In this document: piece by piece, positions 51,525 through 62,000 of the stretch
How positions within the stretch are numbered: position 1 is the stretch's first letter
How the letters are laid out: each line of letters starts with the position of its first letter
Source: an uncultured delta proteobacterium
Lineage (GTDB): Bacteria; Desulfobacterota; RBG-13-43-22
Length of the DNA stretch: 64,000 bases
Direction: 5' to 3'
Assembly (NCBI GenBank): GCA_963843145.1
Contig: CAWJJC010000020.1
Coordinates: forward strand, 352,001-416,000
Notes under the pieces: generated by a model
The model's database searches: none
Seen by the model: only the letters and a program-made list of their open reading frames with translations
What the model was told of the DNA's origin: nothing
Position numbers and translations under genes: made by a program

Positions 51525-51855
51525 GCGTATCCTCAATTCCTAATATCTTGACTTTGGTGATTTTTTTCCAGTTTAGGCCACCGTCCTCTTTCCGAGGACA
51601 ATCTTCATAATCTGGAAGAATGATCAGCCGGTATGGCTGCTTTACATCGAGAGAAATCTGGCCCTTACGGTTTCCGGTTAACTCATGGGCTCGGGCTTGC
51701 GGGAGGGTGCGTAGTATTTCAAGGTTATCGGCGGCCTGAATTTCAGACAGACGCCGGGTAATTTTCCTGGCCTGTTCTTGGCCAAAGACCTTAATCAAAG
51801 CTTTTTCACTCGAAAAGGTTTTTTGATCTTGTTTCCTTCTAAAAGAAATTAACAT
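51517..51855 (-). CDS. higB: HigB/RelE-family toxin
   Basis: HELTGNRKGQISLDVKQPYRLI and ILGIEDTH; overlaps the higA start. Confidence 0.85.
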   Translation of the reverse strand: MLISFRRKQDQKTFSSEKALIKVFGQEQARKITRRLSEIQAADNLEILRTLPQARAHELTGNRKGQISLDVKQPYRLIILPDYEDCPRKEDGGLNWKKITKVKILGIEDTHE

Positions 51856-51882
51856 CGCGCCCGTCTAATGTCAATAAAAAAA

Positions 51883-51897
51883 TAACCCTTAGGGTTA
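51883..51897. promoter_or_regulatory. palindromic operator upstream of higB
   Basis: TAACCCT-T-AGGGTTA about 30 bp before the higB start. Confidence 0.55.
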
Positions 51898-52239
51898 ATA
51901 ATAAATTTTAAATCGGGCTCCGTTAAGATTGAATCGCTATCGCTGCCAAAGCCCCAGCATTCGAATCGTCCGAGGCATCGCGCCCTGAGTTGGATGATAC
52001 TCAAGTATCCTTTTCGCCCAATAAATGATACTTATCAATCAAAAAGATCATTAAACCTTCTGGCTTGACGGACCCGAGTTTCGCGTCCACCTCACCAGTC
52101 CGTCGTTGAAAATAAAAAAGCCCTGCTCCTTGATTACGAAGCAGAACCTTTGAGTTTCATTCATCCTCCCCAAGTTAAGGTTAGGCGGAAAAATAATCGG
52201 CCTGGATTTCGCCGGCACTGGTGAAAAAAGCTGCCCTTT

Positions 52240-53118
52240 TCAACCCCATTTCTCGCGGAAACGGCTTAAGCGGTAGGAGAGCAGGACCCTGTAAACTTGC
52301 TTGGGCAAAACCCCGGTTCGTTCAGCAATCAGCGGGTGAAGAGCAGAAGATGGGGGACCGGAGGCCGACAGGTATTTCCGGTACTCATTCAGGACGGCGG
52401 TTTCCTGTTCCGAAGTTACATGGGAGACGTTTCGCACTTCTTCTCCCCGTCATGAAGAAGGTCCAGATAGCGGGAGACCACCCAGGGGTTCAAGCCGGTC
52501 TCTTGAGACGATCTGGTCTTGGATTTCCGAGAAGGAATTTTTTCCTTCCAGACGAGAAAAATAGGCCTTTTCGATGGTGAAACGCTCTTCCCGGGTCAAA
52601 TCCTCTACTTGGGCCTGCTGTTGATTCCACTGCCTCAGGGCCAGGACAACGCTCCGGGATGGAATTCCCATATCGGCGGCGATGGTCTTTCGCCTTCCGT
52701 GCGCTGGCCTCTCCAGACCCTGAACATAGATTTGATATCGGTCCACGATTTCCTGAATCTGCGCCGGGGTCAGCTCGATTTCTTCCCTCTTCCGATCGGG
52801 GGTTGGAGGTTCTCCCTGTTTGCCGGTTTTTTCTTTGGGCGCCGGCTGTACCTTCTCCTCGCTTCCCTGGCTTTCGATCTCCCTTGAAACCTCGGACCTT
52901 GGAATATCAATCGGCCCGGAGGCTGGACTTTTTACGATGGATTGTTTTGTTTTCCCCGCTGCTTTTGGCGAGGGCTCTTTTTGGGGGACCGTTTCCGATT
53001 GGGGCCTTGGTTGGCCCTTGCCGGCACATCGTTGGCATATTTTTGCCTTCTTATCCGGGGTTAAAAAACTCCGCCCACACTCCTCGCAATCCTTTCTGAA
53101 GGCCATTCCTCCGGACAT
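52240..53118 (-). CDS. hypothetical protein with N-terminal zinc ribbon and repeated helical domains (frameshift near 52500)
   Basis: CEECG...CQRC; continues in ORF 52240-52437. Confidence 0.55.
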
Positions 53119-53155
53119 AAATTCTCCCCTCCTGCTTTTCTTTTCTTGCTGGATT

Positions 53156-53533
53156 TTAGTGCTTCAACCGGCAGGCTAGCGAACACTTTTTCGGCCAGAG
53201 GGCCCAATCTTCGGGAGGTTTACAGATCTTCTCTTCTATCCGGCGTTCCAGGTCCTCCCGGACCTCCGGATCCAACCGGAGATCGTCCAGATGGCCGCTG
53301 ACCTCTTTCCAGAAAAGACCGAATTGAAAAGACTGGAGGTCGAATTCCCGGACGGAGAGGAAGCGTTCATCCAGGGTCCCGAGCAGGAAACAATCTTCTT
53401 CCGCGGCGGTCTTGGCCCCCGGACGGCAACCGATCAGGACAGCCTCCAGCCGAACCTGCATCCTTCCGGCGCCTTCGGACATCGATCTGTTCCGCCATTC
53501 GAACCGCATAGCCGCCTCACTAAAAAACCGCAA
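53156..53533 (-). CDS. hypothetical protein
   Basis: ORF fills the gap in a co-oriented operon; no recognised motif. Confidence 0.45.
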   Translation of the reverse strand: MRFFSEAAMRFEWRNRSMSEGAGRMQVRLEAVLIGCRPGAKTAAEEDCFLLGTLDERFLSVREFDLQSFQFGLFWKEVSGHLDDLRLDPEVREDLERRIEEKICKPPEDWALWPKKCSLACRLKH

Positions 53534-53550
53534 ACTCAGGGCGCGGTTTT

Positions 53551-55689
53551 TTAGATTACAAAGGTCTTCGAATCCACCGGGAAGGTGAACCGATCGTAAA
53601 TCCGCTGGATCCCCTTGGCTCGGCGGACCGGGCTGATCCCCAACTGGCGGATCCTCTCCTCCACCGTCTGGCAGGTTTTGAGCAGTTGGGCCAGCATGCC
53701 CGGGCCGACGGTTTCGAACTGGATCCGTTCCGGCTCCAGACCCAGCTCGGACAGGACCTCCCGAAGATACTCCACCCGTTCCAGGGCCTTTTTGTTTCCT
53801 TCAAAGGATTTGCAGCCCTCGATCGGACAGGCCAGGACCACTACTCCGTCGGCCCCTTCCCGAAAAGCGTGCAGCACGTGATCCGGATCGATCTTCCCGG
53901 CGCAGGGGACCTTGATGAACTCAAACCCGATGGGCAGCGGTTCCCGGAACAACAGGGCCTGCTGCAGGGTCTTATCCGCTGAATTCTGGCAACAGAAGGC
54001 CACCACCTGCGGCACGATCGTGTCGAATTTCCGGTCCGTAAAATTCCCGGAGATCTCCCGGAGTACGACGGAATCATGGAAATCCTTGATCTGGATGGCA
54101 TCCATGGGACATTCGGCCGCGCAGACCCCGCAGACCTGGCAGGCCAAGGGATGGGCCTGAGGCCGGCGAAGGACGAAATGCATGGCCTGATGGGGACAGG
54201 ATCGGACGCACGTCAGACAAATGGTGCACTTCTTGCGGTCGACTCGAACCCGCGACTCCACCTCTTGAATCCCCCGGCCGATCAATGCCGCGGCGGACAG
54301 GACCGCTTCCTCCACTTCGGCCCGTATTTCCTCCGGGTCGGCGAAAGGCCGACGGCTGCCGCCCACTACATAAATTCCCGGGCGGGGGGCCCGGACCGGC
54401 AGGGCGTAAACCTGATCCGGAGCCATAAATCCCTTTTGATCCAGCGGCGTCTCCAGGATAGGGGAGAGTTCCTTCAGCCAGGGGTGGGGAAGCAGGTCTT
54501 CCTCCACCACGATGACCTGCGGTTTTAAGATCAGCGTGCGGTCGATGATCTCATCGAAAAACTCCACCTGGAGATCGGCCTCCGTCGCTTTCACGACCGG
54601 AAGATGACCGGTGAAGCGGAAGAAAATGACCCCTTCCTCACGGGCCCGGGTTGACTCCCGCTCCAAACCCTCAGCGGCCACCTTCAGGTTTCCCGACAGG
54701 AAATAGACCTGGGTATTTTCCAGCCCCTGGACTTTTCGGGCGTTACTCAGGGCCCTGGCCAGCACCGGAGGACCGGACTCGGACGCCAGACCCGACAGGA
54801 AAACGATCTCGGTCTGCTCTCCCTGGGGAATCAATTTTTCCCGGTACTCCGGTGAACGTAACAGGGTTTCCAGTTGGTCCAAGGAAAGGACCCGGCGGGA
54901 GGGTTTCAGGCCGAAGGCTTCAAAATTGGGCTTCACTTCCGGCGCCAGGGCGACCAGGACAGCCCCCACCGCTTCTTCCTGAATCCGGTCTTCCCCATCC
55001 AGGTAGCGAACCGTAAAACGCCCGACCTGACCTTCCAGGCTGAGGAGTTTGACCTCGCTCACCAGGCGAAACCCCGGCAGGGCGGTCAATTCGGAGAGGG
55101 ATCCGTCCTCCCCCTCCACCCCGGAGACCTGATCATAATACCCGTCCCGGTCGGATTCCTTGCCGTCCACCAGGACCAGCGCCTCATATCCGAGCCGGAC
55201 GGTTTCCCTGGCGGCCAGCCGTCCCATCGGCCCGCTTCCTAAAATCAACAGGCGGGGAATGGTTTCCACCTGTTCCCGGATCGGGGTCTCGGCGGATGGC
55301 AACCGCAGGAGGGCCTGTTTCAGTAAAAGGATGGATCGTTCCCGGACCAGTTCCGGTTCCGCTGCGGTCCCCCTGAAAACCGGTCGCACATTCACCATGA
55401 ACACTTGATCGGGATGAAGGCCCAGGCGGGTCGCCTCCTTTTGGAAAAAGCCGGATCGGTTCGACCCCCGGTCGGAGACAAAGACCAGCCGGGACAGATC
55501 ATGGGTTCGGATCTCCTGCTCCAGCCGTCCGGCGCTGGCCTCCCAGTGGTCTTCGAACAGGTCCTCCACGACCTTCACCCCGGGGAAGGAACCGGCCAGC
55601 ATTTTTAAATCCTCGCTGCCCGGTGTATCCGGCATTCTCTTTTCTTTATGGTAAAGAAAGACGCCGATCTTCGGTTCTACATCTAGCAT
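53551..55689 (-). CDS. QmoB-like protein (degenerate HdrA domain + 4Fe-4S + MvhD/FlpD domain)
   Basis: KIGVFL, CTICLTCVRSCP, CQVCGVCAAECP, VVAFCC and VPCAGKID...GADGV; likely ATG 55689. Confidence 0.82.
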   Translation of the reverse strand: MLDVEPKIGVFLYHKEKRMPDTPGSEDLKMLAGSFPGVKVVEDLFEDHWEASAGRLEQEIRTHDLSRLVFVSDRGSNRSGFFQKEATRLGLHPDQVFMVNVRPVFRGTAAEPELVRERSILLLKQALLRLPSAETPIREQVETIPRLLILGSGPMGRLAARETVRLGYEALVLVDGKESDRDGYYDQVSGVEGEDGSLSELTALPGFRLVSEVKLLSLEGQVGRFTVRYLDGEDRIQEEAVGAVLVALAPEVKPNFEAFGLKPSRRVLSLDQLETLLRSPEYREKLIPQGEQTEIVFLSGLASESGPPVLARALSNARKVQGLENTQVYFLSGNLKVAAEGLERESTRAREEGVIFFRFTGHLPVVKATEADLQVEFFDEIIDRTLILKPQVIVVEEDLLPHPWLKELSPILETPLDQKGFMAPDQVYALPVRAPRPGIYVVGGSRRPFADPEEIRAEVEEAVLSAAALIGRGIQEVESRVRVDRKKCTICLTCVRSCPHQAMHFVLRRPQAHPLACQVCGVCAAECPMDAIQIKDFHDSVVLREISGNFTDRKFDTIVPQVVAFCCQNSADKTLQQALLFREPLPIGFEFIKVPCAGKIDPDHVLHAFREGADGVVVLACPIEGCKSFEGNKKALERVEYLREVLSELGLEPERIQFETVGPGMLAQLLKTCQTVEERIRQLGISPVRRAKGIQRIYDRFTFPVDSKTFVI

Positions 55690-56951
55690 GGAAACACTCC
55701 TAAATAATCGGCCACCATACGGGCCGCTCGGCCACCGTCGGCAGCGGATTGAGCGATATCCATGGGACCGGTCACCGTGCCCACCGTAAAAATCCCCTCT
55801 TCGGGATGATCCTTTAAGAATCCGTCCACTGTTCGGGGAAGCTGGAACCATTTGGCCCACTGTTCATTTTCCGCTGAAGGCATGAGGCCGACGGAGAGGA
55901 CCAACAGGTCAAAAACCTCTTCCCGGGGCGGCCCCCCGCCTTCCGGCTGATAGCCCAGGGCGATCCGGTCATCCGCGGCGGGATTGATGCTGCCCGGTAT
56001 GCCCCGAATCAGGGTCAGGCTGTCTTTGGCCTCCTCGTAAGCGGGGATAAAATCCTTTCCGAAGTTCTGGAGGTCCATGTAGAAGACATAGGGGTCCATT
56101 TCCGGCCAGCGATGCTTCAGGGCCTTGCCCATGCGCAGGGCGTAACCGCAGCAGACCCGGGAACAGAAGGGATGATCCAGGGTCAAATCCCTGGAGCCCA
56201 CACACTGGATGAAGGCCAGACGCTCCGGTCTCCGTCCGTCCGATGGGCGGCGGACATCCCCTTCCAGCCGGATCATCCGTTCCAATTCCAGGGCGGTAAT
56301 CACATTGGGGAGGATTCCGTACCCCAACCGAGGTTTATCCCGGGGATCAAAAGGGGTATAGCCGGTCGCCACTACCAGAGACTGGACCGGAAACCGATGG
56401 GCCACGGGCGGACGATCCAGGTCAATCGCCTGCTCCGGACAATTCTCCTGACAAAGCCGGGCGTGAGGGTCTTTAAAATAAAGGCAGTGGGCCCGTTGAA
56501 TGGAATACAAGGGATGGGTTACCGAGGAAGGAAGGCCTTTGACGATAGCCCCATCGTCCACCGCCGGGCAGACCTCGTAGCAATGGCCGCAATTGTTGCA
56601 ACGCTCGGGATCGATAAAGGCGGCCTCCTGATCGATGGTTACCATGAACCCCCCGGCGCTCAAGGGTTCGGCTTGCTGCAGCCTGGCCCGAGTCAGGATT
56701 TCGATCCCGGGTTGCCGGACCACCTCGGTCAACCGCTCTTCCACCAGGCAGTAGTTGCATTTTTCACAGGTCTCGGTGGCCTTGCAGAAAAAATTCAGGG
56801 CCTGGCCCCCGATGGAGGGATTTTTTTCCACTACCGTTACGGAAAGTCCCATCCTGCTCAAATGGTCGGCGCAGGAAAGGCCGGCGATCCCGCCGCCAAT
56901 GATCAACACTCTTTTTAAGTCTTTATGATCGGGTTGCGATGGTGCCGTCAA
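55683..56951 (-). CDS. QmoA/HdrA-like FAD-dependent oxidoreductase
   Basis: VLIIGGGIAG, IQCVGSRD and FCSRVCC. Confidence 0.85.
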   Translation of the reverse strand: MTAPSQPDHKDLKRVLIIGGGIAGLSCADHLSRMGLSVTVVEKNPSIGGQALNFFCKATETCEKCNYCLVEERLTEVVRQPGIEILTRARLQQAEPLSAGGFMVTIDQEAAFIDPERCNNCGHCYEVCPAVDDGAIVKGLPSSVTHPLYSIQRAHCLYFKDPHARLCQENCPEQAIDLDRPPVAHRFPVQSLVVATGYTPFDPRDKPRLGYGILPNVITALELERMIRLEGDVRRPSDGRRPERLAFIQCVGSRDLTLDHPFCSRVCCGYALRMGKALKHRWPEMDPYVFYMDLQNFGKDFIPAYEEAKDSLTLIRGIPGSINPAADDRIALGYQPEGGGPPREEVFDLLVLSVGLMPSAENEQWAKWFQLPRTVDGFLKDHPEEGIFTVGTVTGPMDIAQSAADGGRAARMVADYLGVFPC

Positions 56952-56966
56952 AAGAATCCTCCGTTC

Positions 56967-57854
56967 TTACGAAATCCCTGCTTTCGTCATGATCTCTGGT
57001 AGTCGATGTTCCTGCCCCATGGCCATCAGGTGGACGCCGTCCCCCAGGTTCTGCGCCTTGATTTCTTTGATTAGATTGACCGTCAACTCCAGGGCCCTTT
57101 GGGGGCCTTCGCTTTCGCCGGCCTGGCGAAGCGGGTCAATCAAGGACGCCGGCACCAGCACACCAGGCAAAGAGCCGTCCCGGTAGCCGGTTATTTCCTC
57201 CCAGGTGAGCAGACGAACACCGATGATCACTTTGGCCTCAAACTTTCGGGCATAGTGAATGAACTCCTTAAGCCGGTCGAGTTCAAAGACGGCCTGGCTT
57301 TGAAAAAAATCCAGCCCGATTTCCGCCTTTTTAGTAAACTTCAACAATTGCGGTTCCGGCGGGTCAGCCTCGGGCGTAACCACGCCGCCCAGGCAATACG
57401 TCGGGGCGCCGATCAGGGCGTTGTCGTTCAGGTCTTTCCCGCCCATCATTCCTTTGAGCATTTTCAGGGCCTGGACCGAATCCAGATCATACACCGGCTT
57501 GCTTTCCTTATGATCGCCATGGGTGGTATGGTCCCCGGTCATACAGAGGATGTTGAAGATCCCCAGGCCGGCCGCCCCCAGAGCCTCGGAGGCCAGGGCG
57601 ATCCGGTTTTTATCGCGACAGGCCAGATTGAGTATCGGTTCCCCGCCGGCCTGTTTGGTCAGAAGGCAGGCGGCCAGGGCGCTCATCCGCATGACGCCCC
57701 CGCGATTGTCCGAGAGGTTAATGCCGTCCACCCGGTCTTTGAGGGTTTGCACCTGCCGGACCAACTCCCCGGACTCCACCCCCTTGGGGGGATCGAGCTC
57801 CACCGTCACCAAAAATTTTCCGGACTTCAGGGCTTCCTGGAATGACTTAGGCAT
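56967..57854 (-). CDS. metF: methylenetetrahydrofolate reductase
   Basis: VTVELDPPKG, CRDKNRIAL, ILCMTGD, QSQAVF and GVHLM; likely ATG 57854. Confidence 0.9.
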   Translation of the reverse strand: MPKSFQEALKSGKFLVTVELDPPKGVESGELVRQVQTLKDRVDGINLSDNRGGVMRMSALAACLLTKQAGGEPILNLACRDKNRIALASEALGAAGLGIFNILCMTGDHTTHGDHKESKPVYDLDSVQALKMLKGMMGGKDLNDNALIGAPTYCLGGVVTPEADPPEPQLLKFTKKAEIGLDFFQSQAVFELDRLKEFIHYARKFEAKVIIGVRLLTWEEITGYRDGSLPGVLVPASLIDPLRQAGESEGPQRALELTVNLIKEIKAQNLGDGVHLMAMGQEHRLPEIMTKAGIS

Positions 57855-58527
57855 GGGATTCAAATCTCCTCTTGTAGGCGGCGTGGGTTTGATAGGCCGG
57901 AGTCGTCCGGCGATCATAACGGCCGGGCTCCAGGGTCCGACGGATTTGGTCCAGGCGGCCGGTTTTTTCCAAACGCTGGTAGATCAAGGTCCAGGCGCAG
58001 GGCTTCTCCGTATCCACTTCGCATTTCCCCCGAACGGTTCCTCCGCAGGGACCGTTGAGCAATCCCTTGGCGCAGATGGTCTTGGGGCAAATCCCCCCGG
58101 TCACATCCAGGACGCACTCGTGGCAGGCCCGGCAGCGTTCGGTCCAGAATCCGACCTCCTCATTCACCCCAATGAAGGTGGTATCCACCCCCGGAAATAC
58201 CGGTTTCTGGTCGTACATTTCAGCCAAAAATTGAATGCCCGCCCCGCAGGCCAGAGAAAGAACGGCCTCGCAGTCCTCGATCGGATCTTTCAGTTCGCTT
58301 AGAAATTCCCGGTCACACTGTCGCTCGACGGTGGCCTCGCCGATCATCAGGGATCGTCCTTTGATCTGGGAGGCAATGGACAACTCGGCGGCCAGCAAAC
58401 CGACTTCCTTTTCCCCGCCGGTCAGGCAAACGGCCACACAGGTGCCGCAGCCGGCGATCAGCACTTTCTTATAAGGGGCCAGCATGGCCTCAATCTCAGC
58501 AAATGGTTTTCTCTCGGCAACGATCAT
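57847..58527 (-). CDS. metV: methylenetetrahydrofolate reductase small Fe-S/Zn subunit
   Basis: GCGTCVAVC, CRACHEC, GICP...CAKGLLNGPCGG and CAWTLIYQRL; overlaps metF. Confidence 0.88.
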   Translation of the reverse strand: MIVAERKPFAEIEAMLAPYKKVLIAGCGTCVAVCLTGGEKEVGLLAAELSIASQIKGRSLMIGEATVERQCDREFLSELKDPIEDCEAVLSLACGAGIQFLAEMYDQKPVFPGVDTTFIGVNEEVGFWTERCRACHECVLDVTGGICPKTICAKGLLNGPCGGTVRGKCEVDTEKPCAWTLIYQRLEKTGRLDQIRRTLEPGRYDRRTTPAYQTHAAYKRRFESHA

Positions 58528-58542
58528 AGTGCACTCCTTCAG

Positions 58543-59043
58543 TTAGTCCTTGGCCTGTTGGGCCTCAACGACCGTCAGGGGTCGGGGCATCGATCCACAT
58601 TCCATCATCCTTTTCCGAATCGGATTCGGCCCCAGCGACAGGGCCCGTTCGGTCATTTCTCGGACGGCCCTGGCCCAGTTGGGGGCATCGGAGGCCCCGA
58701 TGTGATACATCTCCAGCCGACGGCCATCCAGACCGATTTCATCCAGCAGTTGTTGGGTATAGGCCACTCTTTCTTTCGCTCTGAGATTTCCTTCCAGGAA
58801 ATGGCAGTCGCCGATTTCTCAGCCTCCGACCAGGATGGCGTCCGCGCCGGCTTCAAAGGTTTTCAGCAGATGAATGACGTCTACCTTGCCGGTACAGAGC
58901 AACTTGACAATCCGGACATTGTGCGGATACTGGAGGCGCATGGATCCGGCCATGTCGGCGGCGGTATAGGTACAGTAAGTACAGACCATGGCGATGATCT
59001 TTGGTTCATAGCCGGGCCTGGGATTAAGAGCGCCGTTTTGCAT
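58543..59043 (-). CDS. mvhD: MvhD/FlpD-type 2Fe-2S subunit, selenocysteine-containing (UGA at 58819-58821)
   Basis: CTYCTY.AAD.AG, LCTGKVD, ILVGG-U-EIGDCHFLEGN in frame; hairpin AUUUCCU-GGA-AGGAAAU at 58786-58802. Confidence 0.92.
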
Positions 59044-59092
59044 AAAAGTTTTTCCTCCCCTTTGGGGTTCAAGTGGCTATCAAAGGCCTTTT

Positions 59093-62000
59093 TCAGGCTT
59101 CCGGGAAAACGCTGCCCCAGCTCCTGGCCGTTCCTCCCCATTCGAACAAGGCCGTTTCTTTGGCCATGATCTGGTCATCCCGCTGGTTTTGAACCTGAAT
59201 CAGCTTGCGGGGACAGGCGCTGGCGCAGTTTCCGCAGCCCTGACAGGCGGCCGGATTGATCTCGATCATCCCCTCTTCATTCACCTGGGGTACGCCGAAG
59301 GGACAGGTGCGCACGCAGGTCAGGCAGACGATACAGCGCTCCTGGTCTACTACGGCCACCTGGCCCCCGACGCTGATTTGTTCCTGGGCCAGGACCGTGG
59401 CGGCCCGGGCCGCGGCCCCCTTGGCCTGGGAGATACTCTCTTCCAGGGACTTGGGGCCATGCCCTAAACCGCAAAGAAACATACCGGCATTGGCAAAATC
59501 CAGAGGCCTCAGTTTGATGTGGGCCTCCAGGAAAAAACCGTCGGCATCCAGCGGCAGTTTCAAAAGGGAAGCGAAGCCTTTGGCTTCCGGGGCCGGTCGG
59601 ACAGCGGCCGAAAGGACCAGGCGGTCCGGACGAAAAACAATTCCGATCTTCAGGTTTTGATCCAGGACCTTGACCTCCAGCTTCCCCTCTTCAACCGTTA
59701 CCTCCGGTTTGGCCTCCGGTTCAAAGCGAACAAAGCGCACCCCGGCCTCTCGGGCCTTTTTGTAAAACAGTTCCTTCTGTCCATAGGTGCGCATATCCCG
59801 ATAGAGGACGATCACCTCGGTCCGGGGGCTGAGCTCTTTTATTTTCAGGGCATTGGCCACGGCCGTGGAACAGCAGACCCGGCTGCAATAGGGATGCGCT
59901 TCCTCCCGGGAACCCACGCACTGGATCATGACCACTTGTTTGACCTGGGAAACCATTTCCGGTTCTCGGCTTAACCACTGGTGAAGTTCCAACTGCGTCT
60001 GCACCCGAGGATCCTGACCATAGGCGTATTCCTCCGGTGTATACTCGCTGCCGCCGGTAGCGACCACTACCGCACCGTATTCCAAAACATCTTTTTGGCC
60101 CTGGTGTTCTATATTACTTTTGAACTTCCCGATGTGTCCTTGGACGTCCAGCAGCTTCGTTTGGGTCAGGAGGCGTACCTTGGGGTGGTCTTGTATCTGG
60201 CCGATCAGTCGTTGCAGGTATTCGTTGACATCAAACCCCTCCAGCGTGAAGGCCAGACGAAGGGCATTGCCTCCCAGCCGATCACTTTTTTCGACCAAAT
60301 AGGTTTCAAATCCCTGATCGGCCAGATTGAGGGCCGCGGTCATCCCGGCCACCCCGCCTCCGACCACCAAGGCTTTCTGATTCACCTGAAAAGGGATCTC
60401 GTACAACGGTTCGAGGAGCTGGGCCCGGGCCACGGACATGCGCACCAGGTCCTGGGCTTTTTCCGTGGCTATCTCCGGATCGGCCTGGTGGACCCAGGAA
60501 CACTGGTCCCGGATGTTGGCCATCTCAAAGAGGTACTTGTTCAAGCCGGCCTTGCGCAGGGTCTCCTGGAAAAGGCCTTCATGGGTCCGGGGGGAACAGG
60601 AGGCGACGATTACCCGATTCAGACCCTCTTCCTGAATGACCTGCTGCATCCTATCCTGACTGTCCGTGGAACAGGTAAAGAGAAAGTGGTCGGCGTAAAC
60701 CACCCCCGGCAGCGTTTTAGCATATTCGGTGACCTTCTCCACGTCCACGATCCCGGCGATGTTGATCCCGCAGTGGCAGATCAGGACCCCGATCCGGGGT
60801 TCTTCCCCCTGGACGCCCCGTTCCTCCGGAAAAACCATCTCTGAAATTTGAGTCCCCCGCGCCTCGGAGAGCAGGGCCGCCGCTTCGGCGGCCGCTCCGC
60901 TGGCCTGGGTAACGGTCTCGGGGATATCCTTGGGATTTTGAAAGACCCCGCTGACAAAGATCCCCGGTTGGGAGGTACCGACAATATTAAATTCCGGGGT
61001 CTGACAAAAACCAAACCGGTCGATTTGCACACCCAGGGTCTTGGCCAGGGCCAAGGCCTCGGAGTGCGGCTTCAGGCCCACCGAAAGAATCACCAGATCA
61101 AAGGTCTCGGTCTGGAAGGCATCCTGCTCGTCGATATACGCTATCTGTAAATCATGAGTCCGGGGGTTTTCCGTAACCCGGGAAATATGACTTCGGACAT
61201 AGCGAACGCCTTGATCCTGTTTCGCCCGTTCATAATAGCGGTCAAAACCCTTCCCTTGGGCCCGGATATCAATAAAAAAGATGGTGGGTTCCACGGCGGG
61301 AATATGTTCTTTGGATATGACCGCCTGTTTGGTGGCATACATGCAGCAGACATAAGAACAATAATCGTTCCCGATGGAGGCGTCGCGGGACCCGACGCAT
61401 TGGATCCAGGCGATTTTTAGCGGTTCCTTTTGATCCGAGGGCCGAGCGATATGTCCTTGAAAGGGACCGCCGGCGGATAGGAGGCGTTCATATTCCAGAC
61501 TGGTCAGGACATTCGGATACCGACCATGACCGAATTCCGGCTTCAGGTCGGCGTTGAAGGTCTCAAAACCCGGAGACAGAATGATCGCGCCGACTTCCAA
61601 TTCGACGATCTCATCTTTCTGGGAATGATTAATCGCCTGGCTTTCACAAAATTCCGTACAGACTTGGCAGCCGCCGGTCTTAAAGTGCAGACAGGTCTGG
61701 GGATCAATGGTCGGTGTATTGGGAACGGCCTGGGGAAAGGGAATATAAATAGGCTTTCGACTGCCTAATCCCATATTGAATTCCGAAGGGATCAGGGCGG
61801 TTTCGAGTTTGGTTACCTGCTGCCGAATTTTTTCGATGGAAATATGGCCAGTAGGGCAAACCGAAGCACAGGCGCCACAGGCCAGGCACATATCGGTCTG
61901 AAGATGAAAGGGGGTATCCACTTTCATGCCCAGACCCCGCCCGGTCAGGCTGATGGCGCTATTCCCAATTTTTTCGCACATCCGAACGCACAGTCCGCAG

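Noticed and set aside
52066-52105. c-di-GMP-I riboswitch (GGACGCGAAAC..CGGGTC resemblance on the minus strand)
   Set aside because: The required GGCAAACC/GNRA P2 stem is absent.
6761-59200. Widespread frameshifts (fdhE, kdpD', kdpA, lipoprotein, nitroreductase, RT start, PolA end, mqsA, 52.5-kb gene) as genome decay or programmed frameshifting
   Set aside because: They are isolated indels, several in or near homopolymers, in genes with otherwise intact motifs. Sequencing or assembly error is the simpler explanation; reads are needed to confirm.
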